Below, piece after piece: positions 55,754 through 64,000 of a DNA stretch of 64,000 nt (its first letter is position 1; each line of letters opens with the position of its first letter). The position numbers and the translations under genes are program-made. The stretch lies in NCBI GenBank assembly GCA_947305745.1, contig CAMZEH010000005.1, positions 5,339-69,338 on the forward strand, in the 5' to 3' direction. The stretch is from an uncultured Clostridia bacterium. GTDB lineage: Bacteria; Bacillota; Clostridia; Oscillospirales; Acutalibacteraceae. The notes below the pieces were generated by a model that saw only the letters and a list, made by a program, of their open reading frames with translations, searched no databases and was not told the origin of the DNA.

Positions 55754-57733
55754 CTAACTTATATCCAAATTCTCAGTATATAAATGTCCGTTTTCAATAA
55801 TATATTCTTTCCTGCCCGAAAGGTCATCGCCCAGCAGTATATCAAACATTCTCGAGGTCCTTTCTGCTTCTTCGGGCATGACTTTTATCAGTCTTCTTGT
55901 CTTTGGGTTCATGGTCGTGAAATTCATCATATCGGGCTCATTCTCACCCAATCCTTTGGAACGCTGAATAGTATATTTCTCGCTGCCAATTTTTTTGATG
56001 AAATCTTCTTTTTCGCTTTCGTTATAGGCAAAATATGTTTCTTTCTTGGTGGTTATCTCATAAAGCGGCGACTCCGCTATAAACACTTTGCCCTCTTCGA
56101 TGAGTTTCGGCGTGAGTCTATAAAGCATCGTGAGCAAAAGCGTTCTTATCTGAAAGCCGTCCACATCGGCGTCCGTACAGAGTATTACTTTATCCCACTT
56201 GAGCAAATCTATATTAAATGATGACAAATCTTTCGCCGTCTTGGACGTACGCACTTCTACCCCGCAGCCCAGAACTCGTATCAAATCGGTTATTATCTCG
56301 CTTTTGAAAATTCTATTGTAATCCGCTTTTAGGCAATTGAGTATCTTACCTCTTATGGGTATAATCGCTTGAAAGTGCGGGTCTCTAGCCTGTTTACATG
56401 CGCCGAGTGCCGAGTCACCCTCCACTATGAAAAGCTCTCTCTCGGAAACATCTTTACTGCGGCAATCCACAAATTTAGCCACTCTACTCGCCATGTCCAT
56501 GGTACTTGTAAGTTTTTTCTTTATATTAAGCCTCGTTTTTTCAGCGTCTTCCCTACTGCGCTTATTTATCAGCACCTGATTACCGATTTTCTCCGCATCT
56601 TCGGGGTTTTCTATAAAGTACACTTCCAAATGGCGTTTTAATTCCTGCGTTATAGTGTCTTGTATACCTTTGTTTGTAATGGATTTTTTAGTCTGATTCT
56701 CGTACGAAGTAACCGTTGAAAATGAAGAAATTATTACTACCAACGAATCTTCTATATCCGAAAAACTGATTTTATTCTCGTTCTTCGTATATTTTCCGCT
56801 TTGTTTCAAGTATGAGTCAATTTGCGAAGTAAACGCACTCCGAACCGCTCTTTCGGGCGCTCCTCCATGCTCCAAAAAGCTTGAGTTATGATAGTATTCC
56901 GCTAAATTTATCTTATTCGAAAACGCAACCGCTATATCCGCTTTTAATTTATAGTACGGCTTATCTTCCCTGTCACGCACTTTAGTCTCAAATGACCAAT
57001 TTTGCACGGGCGTCAAGTACTCATTGCCAAGAAGCTCCGAAGCGTAATCAGAAATCCCGTTTTGATATAAAAATTCTTGTTCCCTATTACCTGTTTCGTC
57101 CTGGTATTTAAGGACAAACTTTATACCCGCATTTACTACCGCTTGCCTTTTTAAAACGTCGGCAAAATATTCGTACGGAATGGAAATATCCGTGAATACA
57201 CTTAAATCGGGCTTCCATTTTATCTTTGAACCCGTATCTTTACGCTTATATTCCTCTTTTTGCAGTCCGCCTATGTTCTCGCCTTTTTCAAAATGCAATT
57301 TATATAAAAAACCGTCACGTTTTATCTCGACGTCCATATACTCCGAGGCATACTGCGTGGAGCAAAGCCCCAAACCGTTAAGCCCGAGCGAATATTCGTA
57401 GCTTTGCTGATTCAACGTATTATATTTTCCGCCCGCATAAAGCTCACAGAAAAGCAATTCCCAGTTGTATTTTTGCTCCTTATTATTAAAATCAACAGGG
57501 ATTCCGCGACCTTTATCTTCGACTTCTATCGAATTATCTTTAAAACGCGTGATTTTTATGACGTTTCCGTGCCCTTCACGAGCTTCATCTATTGAATTCG
57601 AAAGTATCTCAAAAACAGAATGTTCGCAGCCTTCAAGTCCATCTGAGCCGAAAATAACTCCCGGGCGCTTACGGACTCTATCGGCTCCCTTTAACGAAGA
57701 TATACTCTCGTTAGTATATTTACTCCTACTCAT
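55754..57733 (-). CDS. Type IIA DNA topoisomerase subunit B (gyrase/topoisomerase IV family, ParE-like, divergent)
   Basis: GHKL ATPase (FEILSNSIDEA, GLNGLGL), Toprim EGDSALG, PIRGKILN, DADVDGFQIRTLLLT. GGAGGA RBS. Confidence 0.85.
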   Translation of the reverse strand: MSRSKYTNESISSLKGADRVRKRPGVIFGSDGLEGCEHSVFEILSNSIDEAREGHGNVIKITRFKDNSIEVEDKGRGIPVDFNNKEQKYNWELLFCELYAGGKYNTLNQQSYEYSLGLNGLGLCSTQYASEYMDVEIKRDGFLYKLHFEKGENIGGLQKEEYKRKDTGSKIKWKPDLSVFTDISIPYEYFADVLKRQAVVNAGIKFVLKYQDETGNREQEFLYQNGISDYASELLGNEYLTPVQNWSFETKVRDREDKPYYKLKADIAVAFSNKINLAEYYHNSSFLEHGGAPERAVRSAFTSQIDSYLKQSGKYTKNENKISFSDIEDSLVVIISSFSTVTSYENQTKKSITNKGIQDTITQELKRHLEVYFIENPEDAEKIGNQVLINKRSREDAEKTRLNIKKKLTSTMDMASRVAKFVDCRSKDVSERELFIVEGDSALGACKQARDPHFQAIIPIRGKILNCLKADYNRIFKSEIITDLIRVLGCGVEVRTSKTAKDLSSFNIDLLKWDKVILCTDADVDGFQIRTLLLTMLYRLTPKLIEEGKVFIAESPLYEITTKKETYFAYNESEKEDFIKKIGSEKYTIQRSKGLGENEPDMMNFTTMNPKTRRLIKVMPEEAERTSRMFDILLGDDLSGRKEYIIENGHLYTENLDIS

Positions 57734-57819
57734 TATATATCCTCCGTGATTTTTAGTTTAATCAAGCAATTTATTATACCTCACATTAAAGTGTGGGTCA
57801 AATTATCGAAAAGTATGCC

Positions 57820-57848
57820 TTGACAATGTTTAAATAATATTATATAAT
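57820..57848 (+). promoter_or_regulatory. Consensus sigma-A promoter for the 426-aa secreted protein gene
   Basis: TTGACA (57820-57825), 17 nt, then TATAAT (57843-57848). Confidence 0.7.
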
Positions 57849-57885
57849 GATTGCAGAAATAATAACTTAGAAAGGAGAACTGATT

Positions 57886-59166
57886 ATGAAAATCAAAAAA
57901 GTAATTAGTACAATCTTGGCATCAATACTATCTATTACAACTCTGGGAAGCATAGCTCCGGCTCATGCCGAAGGAAACAAAAATATTTCCTTTAAGACGG
58001 ACGCCAAACCCTTCGTTCCCAGGAATAGATCAACAAACACCCCAGGCAAAACCTCTCAGAGCCCGGGCACGACGCCATCTATGACTACTCTAGCAAGTAC
58101 TGAAGCCCAACCCAGCACCTCTATGTGGTTACACCGAACAACCTCTGGTAGCTCAACCGGATCATCCCCTCGGAGCCCAGACGATATGTGGAGCAGCGGA
58201 ACGACTATTAGTCAAAGAGATACTGAATACATATTAAAGGCATTAAAGGGACTATTCACGAGAACCGGTCTAGAAATAGAAATTCCGGGAGATACGTATT
58301 CAACAATAAACAGTGTTTTTTTGTACACTGTTTTGTACGAACTATATAATTTGTTCTCGAACCCAGAATACGAAGCTATAAAGCAAAGATGTATAGAGTG
58401 GTTAACAAGCGGTTCATTCGGAGGAAAACTAGTTATAGACGTTAGCACCACACCTACATCACCAAGAGATCGATTCCGTAGGAATACAGAACTTGACGCC
58501 TTCCTTAAGACAAATATGTACGGTTCTACAACTATGTTAGATCTTAAATCTCCAACCTACAGTTTTACCATATTCCTCTCATCTGTATTTTTTGGCAAAT
58601 ATGGCGAACATGGCGAACGTTTAGAATCTGAGATTATAGACAAAGTCAGAAAAAAAATTGAGGCAGATAATCCATATTTGAGGGATACCAAAGCATTACA
58701 AAAAACGCATTACGCTCCTTTTACTTATTGTGCGCATGAATTAATAGGCTGCATCATTTATCACGCCTATTGCAATCATATATACCGTACCACATATCCT
58801 AATCACTTCATTGGATCACAAGAACACTTGAAAAAAAACGTTCTGATGAATCCAGATTTTAATGATGACTTGCAGAGAATGCGGCCAGACCACAAGCGAG
58901 GATTCACCTGGGGCTCCTATTTCCCGAAGGAGGATGTTCCCCGGACGAAGTGGGGCCGGAGCTTGTTGCACTACCACAAACAATTCGACGGAATTGGCCC
59001 GGAGATCGAGAGCTATTGTGAAGATGCATTAAAAGAGAATTTAGGGCCATGGTGGGGAGAACCGGATAAACCTTTTTACACTTGGTATGCCAATTATAAA
59101 ATAGCCCCCCCTACGCTTAAATCCACAGATCCCACAGCAATGATTAATATTCTTTTTATGAAATAA
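57886..59166 (+). CDS. Hypothetical secreted protein (426 aa) with Ser/Thr/Pro-rich linker
   Basis: AAAGGAG RBS. Signal peptide MKIKKVISTILASILSITTLGSIAPAHA|EG, a ~90-aa S/T/P-rich region, and a Trp/Tyr/His-rich C-terminal domain with no motif I recognise. Confidence 0.65.
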   Translation: MKIKKVISTILASILSITTLGSIAPAHAEGNKNISFKTDAKPFVPRNRSTNTPGKTSQSPGTTPSMTTLASTEAQPSTSMWLHRTTSGSSTGSSPRSPDDMWSSGTTISQRDTEYILKALKGLFTRTGLEIEIPGDTYSTINSVFLYTVLYELYNLFSNPEYEAIKQRCIEWLTSGSFGGKLVIDVSTTPTSPRDRFRRNTELDAFLKTNMYGSTTMLDLKSPTYSFTIFLSSVFFGKYGEHGERLESEIIDKVRKKIEADNPYLRDTKALQKTHYAPFTYCAHELIGCIIYHAYCNHIYRTTYPNHFIGSQEHLKKNVLMNPDFNDDLQRMRPDHKRGFTWGSYFPKEDVPRTKWGRSLLHYHKQFDGIGPEIESYCEDALKENLGPWWGEPDKPFYTWYANYKIAPPTLKSTDPTAMINILFMK

Positions 59167-59174
59167 CAATCTTA

Positions 59175-59208
59175 GAAACGCTCTACCGTAAAAACGGTAG
59201 AGCGTTTC
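59175..59208. terminator. Bidirectional hairpin terminator
   Basis: Perfect 14-bp palindrome GAAACGCTCTACCG-TAAAAA-CGGTAGAGCGTTTC. The GC-rich 10-bp core is flanked by TTTC on both strands. It lies between convergent genes. Confidence 0.8.
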
Positions 59209-59222
59209 TCATACGCTGATTA

Positions 59223-59549
59223 TTACATTAAATTTGACATATGCAAAATCTGTTCGATTATAAATACCGCTGCCGCTGATGAAAGTGCAACTACTATCAG
59301 GCTTCTTTCGAAATACGCAAGCACCACAGCCACCACTACGCCGCCCATTGCTGACCAGAAATTGGATGTCGAATGGAACACCTCTGGGAAAGCCATAGAC
59401 GTAAGCACCGCGCAAGGAACGTACGCCAAAAATGATTGTATAAACTGATTCTGTATTTTCTTTTTAAAAAAGAGTAGCGGTATAATTCTAAAAAGTATCA
59501 TTACGCCGGCCATTGCTAAAATGGCCCATAAGAACTGTTGCTCACTCAT
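59223..59549 (-). CDS. azlD: AzlD family branched-chain amino acid transport protein
   Basis: 108-aa protein with 4 hydrophobic helices. Its start overlaps the azlC-like stop by 8 nt, as in the typical azlCD pair. Confidence 0.7.
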   Translation of the reverse strand: MSEQQFLWAILAMAGVMILFRIIPLLFFKKKIQNQFIQSFLAYVPCAVLTSMAFPEVFHSTSNFWSAMGGVVVAVVLAYFERSLIVVALSSAAAVFIIEQILHMSNLM

Positions 59550-60276
59550 TTACAGCTCCTCCTTCATCTGTTTCCGTTTCATCCGCTTCCTGCTCCTGCT
59601 TGACAGGGAATGCAATCGCGCCTATTGTAGCCGTTACAACCGCGCAGATTATGATTATCAAACCGGGTTGTAAATGCGCTTTTATCGCAGGGATACATTC
59701 CATTATAAAACTCATTGCCAATGCTATCAAGGTGACTATTGCAACCGGTTTTGAGTGCTTTGCCGGGGGTATGATAAGTGCTATGAACATTGCGTAAATC
59801 ATAATTCCAAGGGCTGATATCACAGGTTTAGGCAAGAAATTCGTAAATAAAATACCGGCAGTATTCCCGATTAAAAAGCCCAAATACGGGAAAACCGAGA
59901 TACCGAAAAGATATGGCGCGCTCAACAATCCTTGCTGCTTCATCGCAACAACATAAATTTCGTCAGTATTGAAAAACCCAAAAATAATTCTCTGGAGCGT
60001 TCCCATGCTCTTATCGAATCTTTGAGCTATCGAAATAGAAAATAATATGTAACGACAATTCATAACAAAAATTGTGAGCGCATACATCAAAATTGAAGTT
60101 TCCATACCCGCATAAAGCGTCTGAGCCGCAACTTGACCCGAGCCGCTATAAATAAGGAGTGACAAAAGCTCCGCAAATTTAAACGGCAGACCTACTTTTG
60201 CTGCCATTATTCCACACGCAAGAGATATCGGTAAATATCCGAGTCCTATCGGCAGACCGTCTTTAAGTCCTTTCAT
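59542..60276 (-). CDS. azlC: AzlC family branched-chain amino acid permease component
   Basis: Polytopic protein starting MKGLKDGLPIGLGYLPISLACG, a typical AzlC N-terminus. The start is uncertain (ATG 60276, TTG 60315 or GTG 60324). Confidence 0.7.
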   Translation of the reverse strand: MKGLKDGLPIGLGYLPISLACGIMAAKVGLPFKFAELLSLLIYSGSGQVAAQTLYAGMETSILMYALTIFVMNCRYILFSISIAQRFDKSMGTLQRIIFGFFNTDEIYVVAMKQQGLLSAPYLFGISVFPYLGFLIGNTAGILFTNFLPKPVISALGIMIYAMFIALIIPPAKHSKPVAIVTLIALAMSFIMECIPAIKAHLQPGLIIIICAVVTATIGAIAFPVKQEQEADETETDEGGAVNE

Positions 60277-60582
60277 AAATCCGCCGCGCCGGGCGAGTTT
60301 AGTTGTGTTTTCCAATAAAACCACACCTTCTGTTTATAAAATTACGTCATCTTTAAAGAATTGTTTCATTGTTTTAAACCTTTGTAAAATGACTACATAT
60401 AATGATATTATATTCATTCGCAAAAATCAACAGCATCCTGCAAAAAATATAATTTTTATGTTTAAAAAAATTCCTTAAATATTTGTTGACAATTACCTTA
60501 TCCTAAGAGTAAAATAAGTTTCTATAATCATACTATTATTTTAAATAAACAATATTACCAAAACTTAAAAGGCGGCGAATTT

Positions 60583-60921
60583 ATGGAATGCATATTTTGT
60601 AAGATAGCGAAAAAAGAAATACCCTCTACACTAGTATACGAAGACGAAAAAATTGTGATGTTTAAAGATTTAAATCCTATCGCACCCATTCATCTTTTGG
60701 CAGTGCCGAAAAATCATATTTCGTCGGCAAACGAAATCACGACCGAAAACAGCAAAATTATTGCGCATATTTTTGAAGTAATCGCAAAAGAAAACAAAAA
60801 TTTAGGTCTTGAAGACGGATATAGAATTATTAATAATTGTGGCAAACTGGGCGGCCAAACCGTAGAGCATATACACTTTCATATTGTAGGCGGAAAAGAG
60901 CTTTCGTGGGCCAAGCTATAA
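60583..60921 (+). CDS. HIT family (histidine triad nucleotide-binding) protein
   Basis: CIFCKI N-terminus and histidine triad HIHFHIVGG, 112 aa. A TTGACA-18-TAAAAT element at 60486-60515 lies upstream. Confidence 0.85.
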   Translation: MECIFCKIAKKEIPSTLVYEDEKIVMFKDLNPIAPIHLLAVPKNHISSANEITTENSKIIAHIFEVIAKENKNLGLEDGYRIINNCGKLGGQTVEHIHFHIVGGKELSWAKL

Positions 60922-61011
60922 AACAATTTTTAAAAGAATAATAGATTAACCTCGTGAATTGCGATATAATGTGATCTAGAGGTTATTTTTATTTGGGGAA
61001 GGAGCAAAATT

Positions 61012-63225
61012 ATGAAGCGGCCGATGTTTCTTATAGGATTTGTGTATCTTTTCGCGTTGGCGGCGCTTCAAAATATCCCTGAAAAAAATTTGATGCTTGC
61101 TCTGATAATTTCTGCGTTCGTTTGCGTCGGTTTGGCTCTCGTACCCTTTTTCAGAAAAAACAAAGCTATTATTTTTGCCGCGATAACCCTCGCTTTTGCG
61201 GCGGGAGTAAGTTTTGCAAATTTTAAAATAAACATCGAACCCGTTCAAAAATACGATGAACGTGAAGAAATTATTTCCGGAATTATAGACGATTTGCCGT
61301 ACGAAAAAAACGGCACTTTACATTATAAAATTAAAGTAGATCAGATCGGCAAAGAAGAAGTAAAACCATTTAACGTAATGATTTTTTCAAATGCTCCGCT
61401 AGAGTGTGATTTTGGCGACCGCTTTTACTGTACAGCTCACTTTTATATTCCTCAATCTTCATACTTTTTCGATTCAAAACAGTATTATCACTCGCGCGGA
61501 ATTTACATAAACGCATACGTGAAAAACCCTGACGACACTTACACTTCTAAAAACGCAGCGAGCGGGATAAAGTATCAAATTATAAAACTACGCGAAAAAA
61601 TGCTCGGCGCATCTAAAAATTTCTTTACAGAAGATATCGCAAGCGTTCAAAACGGAATATTTTTGGGTGAGCGGAACGACATTGAAAATTCACAAAGAAT
61701 AAACTTCCTAAAAAATGGAATTTATCACTTAATTTGCACGTCAGGAATACATATTTCAATAATAATGGCAGGCTTTTTATGGCTTTTCAGAAAACTCAAA
61801 CTCGGGCAAACGCTATCGCATCTGCTCGCCATAGTGCCGCTGTCACTTTTCGTTTTGATGACGGGCTGCAGCCTATCGGCAGTCAGAGCGGGTATTATGT
61901 GCGTGATTTATTTGCTCGGAATGGCGCTATCAAAAAAATCCGACTCACTCACTTCACTTGGGCTTTCCGTGTTTTTGATATGCCTTGTAAACACAGAATC
62001 GGCGCTCAGCCTCGGGCTATGGCTCAGCGCACTCTCGGTTCTGGGGATAATCCTCTTTAACAAAAAAATATTCTTATTTTTGAGCGGTAAACTTAATAAG
62101 CAGTTATCAAGCAACTTTGCGATAAAAACAGTAATTTCAGCGGTATCGGTTTCGCTCTCTGCGAGCATTTTTACCGCTCCGCTGACAATATTTTATTCGG
62201 GAATTTTTTCACTTTTTGGAATTTTCACAAACATTATATTCATTCCTCTCACCACGCTGATACTAATTTTCGCACTCATACTTGCGACCCTTTGGGTTTT
62301 TAGTGCGCCGGCGCTTGTTATGTATCCGTTTGCGTTTGTAAGCGGAATGGGCGTTAAATTATTTATAAAATTATCCGATTCCTTCGCCAAAATTCCTTTT
62401 TGTTACGTCTCGCTTGACTACCCGTTCATAAAATTTTGGATCGGAATTATTATTTTAACGCTTGCGGTATGTCTAATTCTTTTCAAACCGGCAAAAGCTC
62501 TTCTTTACAGCGTTATTATCTCCGTAACTTCGCTAATTTGCGGTATTTTTTCATATCAGATTTTTAGTTTTAACAGCGCTCAAATATCATTTATAAACGG
62601 TGGCGAAAGCGCGGCATGTATCATTCGAAAAAACGGTCGTACAGCGTGTGTATCTTGCTTTGGACAGAAAAATTATACCAAAAATTTTGAGGACTTCTTA
62701 GAATGCTCCAACATAGATGATATCGATTATTTTGCGGTAACAAGTTCGGAAAACCTGCCTGACAAATTCATAAAAAATGTTACTGAAAATCATAAAATAA
62801 ACTGCTTTGTTTTGCCTTCTGCCAGCGCAGAATATATCTCAGAAAACGAAATCAAACCGATATACTTTGATACCCAACTACGCTCAAGCATGTGGGGTAG
62901 AGATTTAATATTAGAATCATTTACCGAAAAGGATTGCACATATACAAGAATAGATATCGATAACATCAAAATTCTAATTATTCCGAGCGGCGGAAACGCA
63001 AGCGGTATTCCCGAAGATATGAGAAACTGCGATATACTTTTGAGCTACGGTATGCCAAAAAATTTCAATAATATAAATTGCAAATCTACAGTGGTATATG
63101 GCCCTCAGCATATTGTGGCGCAATCTATTCCAAAATTTCCCACAAATGTTAAAATATACAATCTGACCTACTATGGCAAACTAAACATAACCCAAAAAAG
63201 CAACGATTATAAGATAGGAGTTTAA
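61012..63225 (+). CDS. comEC: ComEC/Rec2 family DNA internalisation protein (C-terminal metallo-beta-lactamase-like region degenerate)
   Basis: N-terminal OB/DUF4131-like region, a central polytopic Competence domain (GIYHLICTSGIHISII), and a position directly upstream of holA. The C-terminal region lacks the metal-binding motifs. Confidence 0.75.
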   Translation: MKRPMFLIGFVYLFALAALQNIPEKNLMLALIISAFVCVGLALVPFFRKNKAIIFAAITLAFAAGVSFANFKINIEPVQKYDEREEIISGIIDDLPYEKNGTLHYKIKVDQIGKEEVKPFNVMIFSNAPLECDFGDRFYCTAHFYIPQSSYFFDSKQYYHSRGIYINAYVKNPDDTYTSKNAASGIKYQIIKLREKMLGASKNFFTEDIASVQNGIFLGERNDIENSQRINFLKNGIYHLICTSGIHISIIMAGFLWLFRKLKLGQTLSHLLAIVPLSLFVLMTGCSLSAVRAGIMCVIYLLGMALSKKSDSLTSLGLSVFLICLVNTESALSLGLWLSALSVLGIILFNKKIFLFLSGKLNKQLSSNFAIKTVISAVSVSLSASIFTAPLTIFYSGIFSLFGIFTNIIFIPLTTLILIFALILATLWVFSAPALVMYPFAFVSGMGVKLFIKLSDSFAKIPFCYVSLDYPFIKFWIGIIILTLAVCLILFKPAKALLYSVIISVTSLICGIFSYQIFSFNSAQISFINGGESAACIIRKNGRTACVSCFGQKNYTKNFEDFLECSNIDDIDYFAVTSSENLPDKFIKNVTENHKINCFVLPSASAEYISENEIKPIYFDTQLRSSMWGRDLILESFTEKDCTYTRIDIDNIKILIIPSGGNASGIPEDMRNCDILLSYGMPKNFNNINCKSTVVYGPQHIVAQSIPKFPTNVKIYNLTYYGKLNITQKSNDYKIGV

Positions 63226-63228
63226 AAA

Positions 63229-64000
63229 ATGGCTAAAATGAATTTGAGCGAACTTAAAAAAAGCATATCCGAAAAAAATTTCCGCAATCTTTATTTCCTC
63301 ACGGGTGAAGAATATTTCGTAAGCAAATTTAAGAAAATAATAAGCGACTGTTTGCTTGGCGAAAACCAAAACGATTTTAATATGTTTAAGATTTCTTCCG
63401 AAAATCTCGACATAGAAAAACTGGAAATAAATATCGATACATATCCAATCGGCTCGAGCAAAAAATGCATAATTTTAAACAATTTGCCTGCCGAGCAGTG
63501 GAATGACAACGACCTTGAAAATTTTGAGAAATTACTTAAAAACATTCCCGATTTTACTGTTTTGATAATTGCTCAGACCGAAAAAATGTCGAGCGCAAAA
63601 AACTCAAACAAAATTAAAAAAATAGAAAAAGCGTGCGATAACTTCGGAGTTTACGTAAATTTCACCACCGAAAAAAGTAATATTCAAAGTGAACTTATAG
63701 ATTATGCCGAGAAAAATTTTGAAAAAATACTGAGCAAAAACTTGGCGGAAAAACTAATAAACAAGTGCCAAAATCACAGCGTTCGGGAACTTTTTAATGA
63801 GGTTAAAAAAATATGCGAATTCGAGACGGAAAAAACGATAACAGAAAAATCGCTTTCTGTTGCGAACGAATCGAAAGAAAAAATTAAAATTTTTGCACTG
63901 CCGAAATTAATTTTGGCGGGCGAAACAGCAAAAGCTCTGGAAATGCTAAACACAATGCTTGATCAAGGCGAAGACCCCATTGCTCTCATTGCTATAATAA
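63229..64000 (+). CDS. holA: DNA polymerase III subunit delta (partial; runs off the window end)
   Basis: The ATG lies 8 nt after AGGAG, and the frame is open to 64000. The N-terminus is MAKMNLSELKKSISEKNFRNLYFLTGEEYFV. The comEC-holA order is the conserved Firmicute arrangement. Confidence 0.75.
   Translation, partial: MAKMNLSELKKSISEKNFRNLYFLTGEEYFVSKFKKIISDCLLGENQNDFNMFKISSENLDIEKLEINIDTYPIGSSKKCIILNNLPAEQWNDNDLENFEKLLKNIPDFTVLIIAQTEKMSSAKNSNKIKKIEKACDNFGVYVNFTTEKSNIQSELIDYAEKNFEKILSKNLAEKLINKCQNHSVRELFNEVKKICEFETEKTITEKSLSVANESKEKIKIFALPKLILAGETAKALEMLNTMLDQGEDPIALIAII

Noticed and set aside
58731-58770. HE-containing string AHELIGCIIYH in the 426-aa secreted protein, considered as a zincin metalloprotease motif
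   Set aside because: It does not fit HExxH (the fifth residue is Gly, and the next His is 9 residues away). No supporting downstream Glu/His/Met-turn pattern could be recognised.
60391-60480. 29-aa plus-strand ORF (MTTYNDIIFIRKNQQHPAKNIIFMFKKIP) in the azlC/HIT intergenic region
   Set aside because: It has no Shine-Dalgarno, lies in an AT-rich promoter region, and has no distinctive features.

Overview
64-kb chromosomal window from a low-GC, apparently endospore-forming Firmicute (Clostridia-like). The lineage guess rests on two Csp-type subtilases, CwlD, YlmC/YmxH, AddAB, RadA, LigA and the ComEC-HolA pair. The window is gene-dense and mostly housekeeping. It holds two tRNAs (Glu-CUC, Pro-UGG) and a long minus-strand nucleoside-salvage cluster (deoB, deoD, Bmp-type ABC importer, deoC, pdp). 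It also holds a divergent type IIA topoisomerase pair and a 1994-aa repeat-rich surface protein. I saw no rRNA, CRISPR array, transposase, integrase or phage genes.

The most unusual content is at 1.7-13.7 kb. First, three tandem paralogous ~100-aa peptides carry double-glycine (bacteriocin-type) leader motifs behind a perfect consensus promoter. Second, a three-gene operon encodes membrane-tethered, non-canonical Clp/Hsp100-type AAA+ proteins. One is a ClpB-like two-ring protein with both Walker B glutamates replaced. Another carries a Nif11-like domain plus the same double-glycine motif at its N-terminus. No C39-peptidase ABC exporter is present in the window.

Other points: a CPBP protease gene is flanked by ~100-130-bp direct repeats that duplicate the 3' end of the topoisomerase A gene, and every core substitution between the copies is silent. 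Two orphan secreted proteins have patchy GC-rich composition. A 53-aa membrane ORF with its own promoter is missing from the ORF track. ComEC has a degenerate nuclease domain.

All family assignments come from reading motifs by eye; no database search was run.
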